From Eledone cirrhosa (Eukaryota), in contig OZ024742.1 of the NCBI GenBank assembly GCA_964016885.1, positions 86,056,001 to 86,120,000 of the forward strand: 64,000 nucleotides of DNA, in the 5' to 3' direction. The notes under the pieces are model-generated. The model had not been told where the DNA came from and ran no database searches. It saw nothing but the letters and a program-made list of their open reading frames with translations. Numbering within the stretch: the first letter of the stretch is position 1; each line of letters starts with the position of its first letter. Shown one piece after another: positions 14,263-27,860 of this stretch. The translations under genes and the position numbers were made by a program.

Positions 14263-14306
14263 ATATTAGATAAGATAAATGGAAACTATATTTATAAAAC
14301 CATATT

Positions 14307-14371
14307 TATTTTATTATATATATTTCAAGGGTAACCAAGACAAAATTGGCACACTTTCATCAGATAAAATA
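14307..14371 (-). ncRNA. Hammerhead ribozyme in the 3' pLTR
   Basis: tattttat-CTGATGA-aag..ccaa/ttgg..ctt-GAAA-tatata-TA-ataaaata (8-bp stem I, AUA site). Confidence 0.85.
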
Positions 14372-15399
14372 CAAAATACAAAGTTTGTTTTGTAAATAGA
14401 GACATACACATGAAAATCACACCTTATCGATTGGAAATTCACTGGATAGTGGAAATATTTTAGGGATTATTCAAACTTATATGTAAATGAGTATGTAAAT
14501 AATTGAAAAATAACCGTTTATTTAAATAACACTGGAGAGAGAGAAAAAATATAAGGGGATACAGATAACAAATATTACGAGAGAGATGGAGAGAAGAAAT
14601 AGACAAGAGAAGATGAATATAACGTTAATTTGAGGCAAATATATTCTAAATATAAATGTAATATTATGTGTATTTACGATTATTCGTTGTTTAAAATTCG
14701 TTTCTAATATAATTTTTTATGTTATAAGTAGATAGATAAATAAATAAATAAATAGATAAATAAATGAATAGATGGGTATATCGTGTTATAGATAATTGTT
14801 TTAATGAGTTATGAGGGATTATGGTTTTGTACTTAATGTAAGTAAATATTAAGTTAAATTAAATTAAATTAACGGAGTTAATAATAATATTTATATTTAT
14901 AATATTTATATTTATATTTAAAATGGGAACATACGGAAAAACTCCAATTTTGTTTATTTATTCGTTAGTATGAGACTATTTTGTCAAAATAAGTATATAT
15001 GTTGAAAGATATATTTAGCCAGAATTAGTTAGTGGTTATAAATCTAATAAAAGATATTGAAAAAATATTAAACATTTTAGAAAATTAAAAAAAATAATAA
15101 TTTATAAGAGATAAGTAATTTTTAAAAAATAAGTAATTTTTAAAAAGGGATAAAAAAATTAAAGAAATAAAAAATAAAAAAATAAAAATATAGAGAATTA
15201 AAAATTATTAAGATTAAAATTACAATTAAACTAAAATAACATTTTTTAAAAAATTTAGAATTATATATGTATATATTTTATGAAACCGTAATAAGTGAAA
15301 ATATAGCAAATGTTATAGATATGATTTCGAGAAATCAATATATTAAACCAAGTGGATAAGATTGTTATGGAAATAAGTATAAATATCATAAGTGTAATT

Positions 15400-17424
15400 A
15401 TAATTTATATATATTTCTAAATGTTGAAATCAGGCGATGTCTACAAGAATTAAATAAATTCGTTCTTAGATTAATGAAGTTCTTACATTTGAGTATGAAA
15501 AATACTCAACACACAATTTGCAGAATCTAGATAAAGCTGGTGCTTTCGTAATTATTTCCCAAGTTAAAGAAAAGTTCATATTTTTTGCATTTTAAGTTCC
15601 ATATCAGGTTTGAAAGAGAAGTTGCAGATTTTTTATCAAATCTTCGGAAAGAGCATTTGTGAGTATTCCAGCGACTTTTTCATTCTGTAGAAGTTGCACC
15701 TTCATAGTAAAATATATTATCACTGGTTTTGACGGTGCATTTATAGACCACGTCCTTATCTAAACACTTATTTTGTACAGGACAGTTTAATTTTATTCTA
15801 CAGTTACATTTTGCGGAGTTGTTGTTATTCAGAACAGTACTATTAGTTTGGATATTGCTAGAGATATTACTGCTATTTTGGTTATTTTGGTCAGGGTTTA
15901 AATTTCTATTATTGATTCTATTTATATTTTGTGCTATGTTCATAGTAGTAGAGTAGGATAGTTTTATAGTATGTCTGTTAAAGATTGAGTGGTATCTGTG
16001 GGCTTTAGGAAAACATTTATCTAGTGCTTTAAAGAATAGCTTTGCTAAAGGTGTTTTAACGCTTAACGAGAATGGGGGTGAGTACAAAATAGTATTTCTA
16101 GTTCAATTTCTTCTGTTAGTTTTAGAGTTTAAGTTAAATTTGAAATACATTGTTGGATAGAATTAAAAACTTACATAGTTTAGATTCTCATTAATCTTAT
16201 GGAATGGATAGTAGAGCCCTGTGTTAAGGTTTAATGTTACGTCTAAAAAGTTAACAATTTTATAGTTATTCTCTATTTCTAATTTAAGGTTGTACCTATT
16301 GAAGAATTGTATTATGGATTTTCTTTTTCTATTAATTTCACAATTACTATGATTTTCAATTAAAAGCAGCATATCCTCACGATATAAACCACCGGTCATC
16401 TCTGGTATTTTTCTATGCAGTGTATTATTAATAAATAGCCCACAAGATCCGTTATTTGCGCCGAGTCTGATGATCCAATGGTGATATTAAAATTATTTTT
16501 TCTATCGGCTCTAGTCCAGAGATGATTCTTGAATTCAATTAAAGTTTTCCGTGCAGTTAAAATGATATGCATATCTTCGCTAGATAAATCTGTATGTTTA
16601 GATGCATAGATAAGAGCTTTATTAAGTAAATTAGGAGTAATGGAGGAGTAGTAGTTTGCAATATCCAATTGAATGAATTTGTTGTTATGTTTAAATGTTA
16701 TGTTATTGAACCAATCTATAACTTCGTTATTACCGTTCCATAGTTTTAGGTAAGATATTTCTTTAAGTTGCGGTATGATTCTATCTAATATATGTTTACT
16801 AATTATGCCTAAGTCTGATTTATATGGTGCTATAAGTCTGACTGGTAGTTCTATTTCAAAGTTTCTTTTGTAGTCTTTCAGGTTAATATTTGGTATGCTA
16901 GGTATAAAGGATTCGGTCGTATTTGCGATGCCTAATTTATGAATTATTTCAGAAGCTTCTCTATTTACCATTTCAAGATCTTTATTAGTTGTTATTTTGT
17001 AGTTTTTCCTTAGTTCTTTCAATATAAGGTTATTGTATTCGCCCTTTTGCATTCCGTATAGATTGTTAGTTTTGTCAGATTTTACGAGGATTTTCTCAGT
17101 TTCTTCAATATTGTCCATATTTAAGTTATGCCTGGCCTGCAAATTGTTTTTCTTGAATTTGATGTTTTGTATAATTGATATTATTTCATTTTCAATTTCC
17201 ATTAATAATTTGTTGCTAGGTGGATTTTTCTTGTATTTGAAGATCCTATCGAAGTTGTAACTGGATTTATTGTTTTTTTCATCTGATTTTCTATCGAAAT
17301 GGAAGGCACGCCTTCTAAGTCTTCATATGAAGGAGTCAGATTTCTCGATGAGTTGTTTCAGATAGTCCTTATTCTTAGGTAAAGGTGCAACTTTTAGAGA
17401 AGAAGAAATCCTAAAGAATTCCAT
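15400..17424 (-). pseudogene. PLE RT-GIY-YIG polyprotein, disrupted by stops and frameshifts
   Basis: Starts MEFFRISSSLKVAPLP. Contains KSDKT, VRLIAPYKSDLGIISK, FIQLDIANYYSSI, NFLDVTLNL, CNCRIKLNCP (CxCx5C), VVYKC..YEG, and KSRWNTHKCSF after an in-frame TGA. The end is approximate. Confidence 0.85.
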
Positions 17425-17614
17425 TATTTAACAATCAGTTATAATTTAAAGTGCTCAACATTAAAGGAGCTATTTATAAGTAGAAGTGGTATTTAATTTG
17501 TTGGAAGTCCAACAAACATAAATATTTATAACTAATTTAGAGCACTCAACAAGTTACTGGAGTAAACATTCAATGATATTAAATAAATGGAAACTATATT
17601 TATAAAACCATATT

Positions 17615-17679
17615 TATTTTATTATATATATTTCAAGGGTAACCAAGACAACATTGTTACGCTTTCATCAGATAAAATA
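17615..17679 (-). ncRNA. Hammerhead ribozyme in the 5' pLTR
   Basis: tattttat-CTGATGA-aag-c-gtaac...gttac-c-ctt-GAAA-tatata-TA-ataaaata. Confidence 0.85.
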
Positions 17680-18772
17680 CAAAACTTGTCGACTTCCAAC
17701 AAATTAAATACCACTTCTACTTATAAATAGCTCCTTTAATTTTGAGCACTTAAATTATAACTGATTGCTAAATAATGGAATTCAGTAGCATTTCTTCTTC
17801 CCTAAAAGATGTACCTTTAAATGAATTTTAAACAACGAATAATCGTAAATACACACAATATTAGATTTAAACTTAGAATATATTTCCTCAAAGTTAACGT
17901 TATATTCATCTTCTCTTGTCTATTTCTTCTCTCTATCTCTCTCGTAATATTTGTTTATCTTTATCCCCTTATATTTTTTCTCTCTCTCTTTCTCCAGTGT
18001 CATTTAAATAAACGGTTGTTTTTCAATTATTTACATATTGATTTACATATTCACACATAAGTTTGAATAATTCGTAATATATTTCCACTATCCAGTGAAT
18101 TTCCAACCGAAAAGGTATGCTTTTCATGGCTATGCCTCTATTTATAAAACCAACTTTGTATTTTATCTGATGAAAGTGTACCAATGTTGTCTTGGTTATA
18201 AATATATATAATAAAATAAATATGGTTTTATAAATATAGTTTCCATTTATTTAATATTATTGAATACTTACTCCAGTAAAGTGTAGAGTGCTCTTAACAT
18301 TTATGTTTGTCGGACTTCCAGCAAATTAAATACTACTTCTATTTATAAATAGCTCCTTTAATGTATATATATATATACTTTAATATATATATATATATAA
18401 ATTCAGGCTGTTCAGTTTGTTTACAAACGAACAAAGCGACGTTATAATAAGCGCCGCTAAACTGATACGTGCATATATGTATGTGTACCTGTATGCATAT
18501 GTATGTATATATGTATATATATATATATATATGTGCATGCTACTGTACGTCTGTATACATATATGTATGTACGTATACATGCGTACTTACATTTAAGTAA
18601 GTGCCATACTAAGAGTGAGAAATGAAATTTTGTTTTCATTTTGTTTCAATTTATCGTTTTCGGTATGCCTGACCGATTTAACTCACTCAATATGCAAATT
18701 AGGCTGCTCAGCCGTTAATTTTCATAAGGAAAGTATATACTTTCGAACGTTCAACTATCTGGCAGATGGGTA

Positions 18773-18817
18773 AACGGTGCTGATGATAGCTAACAAGCTT
18801 GAAACTAGTACATCGTT
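18773..18817 (+). ncRNA. Hammerhead ribozyme, retrozyme unit 1
   Basis: aacggtg-CTGATGA-t-agct-aaca-agct-t-GAAA-ctag-TA-catcgtt. Predicted cut after 18810 (GUA). Confidence 0.88.
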
Positions 18818-18981
18818 CCTGTGTAAGTGTTGAACAAAAAGGTGACGTGGTTGCCTTAACACCGTATGGCATAAATTCAGGCTGTTCAGTTTGTTTACAA
18901 ACGAACAAAGCGACGTTATAATAAGCGCCGCTAAACTGATACGTGCATATATGTATGTGTACCTGTATGCATATGTATGTA

Positions 18982-19014
<33 letters not shown>

Positions 19015-19254
19015 GTGCATGCTACTGTACGTCTGTATACATATATGTATGTACGTATACATGCATACTTACATTTAAGTAAGTGCCATACTAAGAGTGA
19101 GAAATGAAATTTCGTTTTCATTTTGTTTCAATTTATCGTTTTCGGTATGCCTGACCGATTTAACTCACTCAATATGCAAATTAGGCTGCTCAGCCGTTAA
19201 TTTTCATAAGGAAAGTATATACTTTCGAACGTTCAACTATCTGGCAGATGGGTA

Positions 19255-19299
19255 AACGGTGCTGATGATAGCTAACAAGCTTGAAACTAGTACATCGTT
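19255..19299 (+). ncRNA. Hammerhead ribozyme, retrozyme unit 2
   Basis: Identical to 18773-18817. Predicted cut after 19292. Confidence 0.88.
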
Positions 19300-19602
19300 C
19301 CTGTGTCAGTGTTGAACAAAAAGGTGACGTGGTTGCCTTAACACCGTATGGCATAAATTCAGGCTGTTCAGTTTGTTTACAAACGAACAAAGCGACGTTA
19401 TAATAAGCGCCGCTAAACTGATACGTGCATATATGTATGTGTACCTGTATGCATATGTATGTATATATGTATATATATATATATATGTGCATGCTACTGT
19501 ACGTCTGTATACATATATGTATGTATGTATACATGCATACTTACATTTAAGTAAGTGCCATACTAAGAGTGAGAAATGAAATTTCGTTTTCATTTTGTTT
19601 CA

Positions 19603-19649
<47 letters not shown>

Positions 19650-20033
19650 TTCACGATCAGGGAGCTGCCCGATGTTGCCGTTGTTTTCAGTTAGCATCAG
19701 ACAACCTGCTACACCAAGCCGCCTACATGTAGGTTAGGGACTGTGGCTCCCAGTGACATCTTTCACGTACAATTTCCCACCTCCCGCAACGTTCTATAAT
19801 TATCAGTAAATTGTCAATGCTTGGACTTTAAACATCTTGTCAAAAACTTCATGTTATGTTTTAAGGCGGGTTGAAATGTGCGCGTAATCCGCTCCAACGT
19901 GTCCAACTGTGGTTTGTCTGTAATGAACAGCCAAGCCGGGACTGTGGCACTAAGTCCACAGGTCGTAGGTTTTGATTTGGAGTGTCCTTATCCTAGGCAG
20001 TTGTCAGCAAATGCTAAGGAAACTGGCTCTCCT

Positions 20034-20070
<37 letters not shown>

Positions 20071-20077
20071 ACCCTTA

Positions 20078-20141
<64 letters not shown>

Positions 20142-20280
20142 AGAGAGAGAGAGAGAGAGAGAGACGGAGAAAGATGGAGAGAGAGAGAGAGAGAGACGGA
20201 GAAATAGAGAGATGGAGAGAGTGAGAGAGAGAGAATGTAGGTCAGAGAGAAGGTGCGTAAGGGGGAAAGAATATATGTAT

Positions 20281-20395
20281 ATATACAAGCTAATGCCAAC
20301 GGCGAAAAACGAAAAACAACCAAACAGTGAGTGTGTTCTGTTATTAATTCTGGCAATATTACACAAATATGACCCTCCCCAAGTATAACAATATA
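20281..20395 (+). mobile_element. pLTR 3'-end fragment of a sister family of the 55-60 kb PLE
   Basis: caaccaaacagtgagtgtgttctg...atgaccctccccaagtataacaatat, also seen at about 55020-55100. Ends in (TA)n. Confidence 0.7.
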
Positions 20396-20407
20396 TATAT
20401 ACATATA

Positions 20408-20493
<86 letters not shown>

Positions 20494-20509
20494 TACACAT
20501 ATATATATA

Positions 20510-20553
<44 letters not shown>

Positions 20554-20599
20554 TATATATATGCACATATATATATATATATATGCATATATATATATG

Positions 20600-20668
<69 letters not shown>

Positions 20669-21022
20669 CATTTAATCATGGAAATAATATCACAAAAACG
20701 CATGCACATACATACACAGGCAAAGAGAGGCAGACCCGATAAAATACTAAAGCTTTTATATTTTCTTTTTTGTAATTTTGCGAGGTAGTTACACCTTATT
20801 TGACATACATATCTTTCGATCTAGCTGTATATCTACCCACCTGTCTAATAAACTCTATATCAATTATCCATCAACCTATCGAATTCATCATCATCATCAT
20901 TTCATTTTACGTCCACTCTTCCCTGCTTGCATATATATCAAATTTCATCTCTAGCTTTTATACAGATATCTATCCAATTATATATCACATTTTCTCTCTA
21001 GCTTTTACACATATATCTATCT

Positions 21023-21076
<54 letters not shown>

Positions 21077-21270
21077 CAGACGTGTAATCTAGCAACATTC
21101 TGATTTGTCCGAATGTGTCTGCACATCTAGCCATCGATGTATGATAACATCCATTAAATATAAACACTACTCTCCTACCCACATAACTTTCTACCGACTT
21201 TAATATTATTCTATTTGCCCTCAGTATATATACCGATATGAAACAATAAGTGATGGTTTCGTTTATATAT

Positions 21271-21321
<51 letters not shown>

Positions 21322-21323
<2 letters not shown>

Positions 21324-22010
21324 AACCAGTAAGACCCCAGACAGCTGAGCTCAAGCCGTTTCGACGGCTAATTCTGGACTAAATGAACATTTATCCTGGT
21401 ATTTAAATAGCCGATCTTCTCAAGGGGTAATTCCATATATGGTCAAAGTGATTGTCAAAAATCAGTAGTAATTCTGTGGTTGCAAATTAGTAGGGGAGAT
21501 GGTGGCTAAACCTGCCAGTAGGAGAAAGAGGGGAGGGGGTGGAGTAGACCCAATCAAGCGTTGGTAGTGCCAGCTACAGCTGGGCATGAGGTCAAAGAAG
21601 ATACAGGGGAGGGGGAGGGGGAGGAAGTCGGAACGGTAGGTAGAACAATGGGGGGTAAAAATAGGAAAGAAAAAATACTGAGAGTGAAGAAAAGCAAAAA
21701 AGTGTAAAGAAAAAATTAAATTCTACGACCTAGGTGTCAGGCTATTGTTAGGCGAGAATAAAATAAAGAAAGAAAGAAAGAAGTAAATAAATAAATAAAT
21801 AAATAAATAAGGAAATAAGTAAAAGAACTAGGTGGGACGAATTAAGCAAGGACCCTTTTAAGAGGTATAAGTACGTAAATGATACGGTGACTGGTCAACA
21901 AAAGGGGCCAAAATACTAAAGAGACTACCACGAAATAAACAATAAATGTTTCCATCCCGGGCCAGCAACGACCCAGTGCAGCAAAGTGAACTTGTACGAC
22001 ATAATAATTC
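21322..22010 (-). mobile_element. ORF-less repeat (copy of 47701-48400) with U3-A8 HHR at 21334-21428
   Basis: Highly similar to 47701-48400. The HHR carries one extra base just after the GTC site. (TA)n on both sides. Confidence 0.85.
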
Positions 22011-22529
22011 TATATATATATATATCGAAAATTAAATTAAGAGTGTCATGTCAGAGAGACATGCGCCATATCCACTGTAGAATATGCTCCAAGTTTCCAA
22101 TGAATAGATCCGAGCAGTTTATATCAACTACAAATTGATTGACATATATATCTAAAATAAACATATGAAAGAATCACAGGGAATAATTTGTAAAAGTGTG
22201 TAAGTACACATAGCTAGGTAGGTAACTAATTAAAGTTTAACTAGAACTTTAAAAGACAAGATGAATCCAAAAAGGATCTCCAGCTCCATATTTTTAAGTT
22301 AAATGCTGTTAAAAGTGTGGCTCGTTGAAACAGGTTCAGGATCAGTTTTATGCATTACTTCGAACTGAAAAGTCTCCCTTAAATGCTAATATACAAAACT
22401 AGACGAAGACGTTTGAGACATATGTATAGCATGATGAACATGAGCTGTAACTCAGTAACTTAAAAGGATTATGAAGTGTTGATATTTTGTTTTGATGGCT
22501 TCAACTAGACACATTCGGAATTTGCTCCG

Positions 22530-24350
22530 TTATGGATTAACAATTTATAATAGAGGCAACAGTAAAAATGCCGTCATATTTGTTTAAGTCACCCTGCAAT
22601 GCTGTGGCGGTGTGAAGTCCTGATGTGCGTGACCATGCTGTTGGAAGTGCAGCATTTCGAAATTGCGCTAACCTGAGCTGAACAATGCACAGATTAAGAA
22701 TGTGCAACCAGTTAAGTAGCTGCGAGGAGTATATATGCGTCGGTAATGGTATGTCCAACGTCACACATGTGTATGCATACTTGTACGTACATACATAGGC
22801 ATTCACATGTAGAGAGAATGTATGTGTTGCAGAGAAAGGAAGGGAGTGGCACATACATATCCGCCGCCCCATCTCATGACGTGGGTATGATTGTAAGAGA
22901 CAATACAATACAAACCACCGGACTACGTATTCTGATGTCTATGCGTGAGTGGAGGCGCACAGATTCAGTACGCAGTTGTGTGCCGGAATAAATTTGGGGA
23001 ATATTTACAACCGGCGCTGAATAGCTCCAGCTGTGTGTGGAAGGCTAAGTCTTGAATCTAATGGGACTGACGTTTTCTGGTATGTTGTCTGCAAGTGTGT
23101 GAGGAGGAATATTGGTTGTATGCATATGCTTAGGTATGTACATGTGTTTGTTGATTTATATGTGTGATCAATGAATGAACATATGCATTGCTGTGGTGGC
23201 TGGAGAGGTATCTAAATGAGTGCATGTGCGTGTGTCCAGGTTGTATTCGTGTGTGTATGTGTGTTTAAGGATGATTGCTTGTTATATATATTATGGTTGC
23301 ATTTATAGAAACTTTGTTGGAGAATTAAGAACTCTGGGGAATGTGATTCCACTGCAATTGACTAGTTCTGCTCGGTACATGAGAACGTATTTTGAGAATG
23401 GTAATGTAAGATGACGTAGGAAACTAAGAGATGTGGGACGATGAGATTTGGGGAATGAAGGTGTCCGAGGGTATGTGTTTCCTTGCCAAGTCGTATATCT
23501 TTCAGGTCTGCTGCAAATCAGTTCGTCATACTGCAGGCATTTTTCTAATACAGATGGTTCTGTAAATGTGATACATTTGAACATGTAAGAACAGGTATAT
23601 TAGCCGGGAAGAAAGCAATGAGAAGCTCGAAATGGAATCCTACCAAAAAGAGAATAATTATGAATATGAAGTTCGTGGAGATAACGATCGCGAAATAATG
23701 TGGAGATTGATGGGTTTAGGAAGAAACGAGATGTGACGTGGTTAAAAGAAATGATCGGAATTAAAGGAGGATACGGGGTTTGAGGTGTAATTAGAGGATC
23801 GGTAGATGAGGGATTGGAGAGAAAGTGGTTAGTGATGTCGCCGGGACATGAGGGCTGTAATGAATTCAATATCACAGTGACGGATGAGCACAGCCTAAAT
23901 AAATATGTGGTATATCCGCCATGGATGAGGCGTGAGGGTAAATATGTTGAGACGGAGGAATTGTGTGTCTGGTATGGAATTTGTTTGTTGACATCGGTGA
24001 GTAAGGGTGTAAGCGTGGGGATTAATAATTGTGAAGTTAGTTCGGTGCGTCTGTGGTAGGCGGAGAAAACATGGCCTGTATTCTGAGATTTGTGCATCTT
24101 GTGTGTGATGACAATGCGAGATTTGCATACTATATTCGTGAATTGGAGAGCGAAACGTATGTTCGTAGAGTCAATGATATCAGAATGTAATAGGCTGTAA
24201 CAAAGACGGTTGTGAAGCCGACAATCAGCGGCGTAATTTCATTTAGATGTCAGCCACCAGCGCCACCAACACCAAACATTTGTTGGGCATAACATGGAGA
24301 TGTCATTACACATTTTTAGGCTGCAGAGAACCTCGCTCGAATGAGGTTAG
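22530..24350 (-). pseudogene. Heavily decayed Neptune-like PLE
   Basis: Manual translation gives RTPSFPKSHRP (TPxF..PKxHK), YKSTNTCTYL (YKPTDxxxYL) and PPHTLADNIP (HPxHxxxxIP). Boundaries are approximate. Confidence 0.5.
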
Positions 24351-25460
24351 TGCGAAGAAAATACTTGCTGTACTTGAAGTGGTTGAATATACATTAATGG
24401 TGGATTTTGTGTGATACTGATGGTTAGGTGTGACATATGCAGGGTAACTTTCGGTAAGAGTGGGTGTCTTAGGAAAAATATGTGCGTGAGAATGGATAGT
24501 AGTTATTAAAAAATATTTTCCGTGGCGGTAGAACGATATTTTTTTGTAAAAAAACGTTTACTTTTCTCAATTTTTCTCTATAAGCTAACGAGATTTCCTC
24601 TCGATGTTTTCAACTTTTTATAAGGCAAATGAGCATCTCCAGTAAATAATCACAACGCATAATATTATATTGACTTTAATTTATTTCATGAGAGTCACTG
24701 ACAAATATTAACAAATATTGAAACATCAGTGTCTGACATTGCCAAAGCGCTTTGGCAAATCTGTGATATATTCACTGAGGAAAATAGAGAATCAATCTTT
24801 TGTTACGAAAAAATACTTTTCGCTAGCCAAGATTCCCATTTGTTTAATGATGTATACATGTATAATATATGTATTCACTTACACCTCTAATATTCAGGTG
24901 CACATTTCCTATCGTTAGTTAATATTTTAAATTTGAAATCATTTTCATTTTAAATATCATCCCTTCCGCCATTTTATGAGCAGATATGCTCTCATTAGAC
25001 CTAAAATGCATAAATTCTTCCACAAATTTATATATTTCCTTATATCCTAAAATGATTTAGTATAAATATGATACTAACATATCACTAACCTATTTGACAA
25101 ATACATTTCCAATTATATTATATGGTGAAGTTTCTGAATTACAATATAGATGACAAATCTTAGTCATTTCAGATTCATGGAAACATTTCTCATAACATTC
25201 TACTGAAGACGAACTTATTTATTCACTAGGTTTACACCAGAAGAATGAATGAATCAATAATTCAAATCACATTTATAATTATAAAATTTAAAATTCACAT
25301 AAAACCATATGAAATATTCTATTGCTGAGAATATTCTGATGATCGATTTAGGCTTTCATGTACTTTATTTAATATATATTGGTATTAAAATGTGAATTAT
25401 AATATTGACACTTCTTTTACGAATACTATATTGCGAATATTATATTTTGCATTCTGCATA

Positions 25461-26448
25461 TTATAGATTCCCTTTAAAAGGTCCACATATCACAATGCAT
25501 AGGTCGATGAAATCAAATAAATTGATGCAGGCAGCTCTGCCTTTGGCATTGAAACTGTTTGAAGCAACATAGCCTGAACTGAAACATGGATTTAATCGTA
25601 CAACATAATGATCAAATGAATTATATATGTTTTGCATGCGATACTCAAAGTTTTGTTCCATGCGACATATTTCATAAATACGCCATTAAGTAGACAATCT
25701 TTCATGAACAGCCTATTGGATATGTTCCTCGTGACATATAGTTAATTATATCCTTTCATTTCAATTTTTGTTCTCACCCAGTTACACATTACCCTTCATA
25801 ATCCGGACAAGATAATTAAAATCTAGGTCGCTAACTGCCGGCTGTATTACAGTGTTGCATATCTTTACTTTTTTTATTTTACTCAAAAACGCACGTCGAG
25901 TCCTTCAATGGATGATCTAAGTTGCAGAAGGTAAATCACCATAACCTGGTTTTGGGATGGCAGTAAACGGGCCCGTACTTTCGCAAAATTTCCACAAGAT
26001 CTGCCGTTTCAATGTAATCTCTGCCCTGTTCTTCCCGGTCATGTAGGGTCATTTGCGTTTTTCTTGACTAATTGGCACAACATCTACTACCTAACTAATG
26101 TTGTTTATTTCAGAGTCGGAGGTCAACAATATTGATCCAAAATACTATACAAGTTTTGTGTCTTGTTTTATGTTAAATACAATTTGCACAATTTGTTGCA
26201 CTAACAGAATTCTGTAACGTTAAAGCGAGAAGGGGCTTAGATCTTTGTAAATTCGATGAAACAAAGTAGAGATAGTGGTCAAAAATAGATAAGAAGAACA
26301 AATTCTTTGAGAGAAAATTTTACAGCGATAATCATTAATGCAGGCAAAATACTGTTTGAAAATATAACATCCACCAATACATGGCTCCAATCCCGGGTAG
26401 ACGCATAATCAATATGATGGGGGCCCTCCATCACCTCGGTGTACATAA
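25461..26448 (-). CDS. Tentative 3' exons of a host gene (26448-26381, 26067-25946, 25578-25461), possibly EF-hand-like
   Basis: GT-AG borders with compatible phases, a strong polypyrimidine acceptor before 26448, and AATAAA about 95 nt after the stop. Peptide includes DREEQGRDYIETADLVEILRKYG. No homology search was possible. Confidence 0.22.
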
Positions 26449-27860
26449 CTGCATAAATACAGAAAAGAAAAGAGAGAATAGATCGATCAACTCAGGAACA
26501 ACTTGGTAATGCATACATCGGATTAGAAAAGTTTAACCATTTTGATATGCATCACATTATTTGGTCACAGCGGTAAAAGCATAAAATCTCATCCAAGACA
26601 ACAAGAAATATTATTTTACATAGATATTCAAATCGTTGAGTAAAATATATCGAGGGGTAAAGTTAAGAAACAGTGGTCATTCTTTTAAAATGATCTAAAG
26701 CGAATATTTACGTGGAGTTACTTTGAATATATTCCAGACAAATCATGTATGTAAATCTAGATATGGCTGTATGGTTGTTTTATTTATTAAAATTGATGAG
26801 ACTTGTATTGAGTTATACATAAATATGTACGTATTGGAAATAATTTACATATAGGGAAATATCAATAGAAATCAGATACATTATTGAACCTAATGGGTAA
26901 ACCAAATACTTTGAATGTTGTAGATATCATTCTAGATATCAGGCTATATTACCAATGTCATGTAATCTAAGCAAAACTGTACTCTACTTTAATAGACATA
27001 CAAGCCATCCCCTTATAATTATTAACATACATTCACCTACATTAAAAGGCCAATATATAATATATTCTTTGAGAAAAACAAAAGATAAATGCACCCTACC
27101 TTACTACATTTTCTAAAAATAATGTACTAAGTTAAAATGTATTTGAAAAGATATATTCAATAAAATATAACCAAAATAAGAAACATGCGAAAAGAACGGA
27201 AAAGAAACTGATCAAGTTGAAGTTTTAGCATGTACACTGTGGCAAACAGAAATAGAATGCTCCCAACATCGATAAAATTCCTGTCCCCTATGACAGAATC
27301 TTCAATACATACAAGCAACGAAAATATTAACATTCTGATAATCAATAAAATACAGTCAATGGAATATAAAGCTAGAAGTCATATGTAATGCTTCAGTACA
27401 CGAATAGAAACATAATGGAATGACTACTTAATTCTTCGAGTACAACAAAATATTTGAGTCAAGAGGCATCATCTGCGTATGGTAATAATATTAAATTCAC
27501 ATAAGTGACCCAAAATAAACATATACGTCAAAATCGTTCCTTTCATACACTCCTTGACAAAGAAGACTCGAGAGCTCAAGTTTAGAGATGGATGTGATTT
27601 AATTTGAAACATTTAAAACTACAGAAAATATAGGACGTTATGTGATATACCATCCTTCGGCAGCCCCCTTAAATACATTTAAAATGAACCTTATTGCCAA
27701 GGACACAAAATTACAGATTTTCTGAAAGCCAGAAAAAAAAAATCATTCATCCAAGTTACAGATACATTTGATTCATAAGTCAATAAAATCAATCAATAGG
27801 AGCCTTAAAATAAGGAAACTTACTATAGAATGTGATTTAGAGCGAATGCTATATGAAATA

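Larger units (their letters stand above)
14238..18362 (-). mobile_element. Penelope-like element (probably Hydra clade) with direct pLTRs and inverted 5' extra segments
   Basis: pLTR direct repeats at about 14238-14385 and 17570-17688. Inverted pieces at 17688-17820 (ORF start region) and 17821-18362 (3' UTR + pLTR). (TA)n on both sides. Confidence 0.88.
18398..19608 (+). mobile_element. Tandem array (~2.5 x 482 bp) of an ORF-less HHR-bearing unit (retrozyme-like)
   Basis: Near-identical units with period 482, one HHR per unit, (TA)n on both flanks. Confidence 0.88.

Noticed and set aside
18398-19608. CRISPR-like or simple satellite interpretation of the tandem repeats
   Set aside because: There is no short repeat-unique spacer pattern and no cas genes, the context is eukaryotic, and each unit contains an HHR.
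19648-20036. GC-richer insert between TA tracts as a ribozyme or SINE
   Set aside because: Only partial motifs were found (cctacatgtagg palindrome, weak B-box). There is no complete fold and no second copy in the window.
25201-25345. CTGAAGA (25203) and CTGATGA (25336) motifs
   Set aside because: No compatible helices and GAAA-UH arrangement were found.
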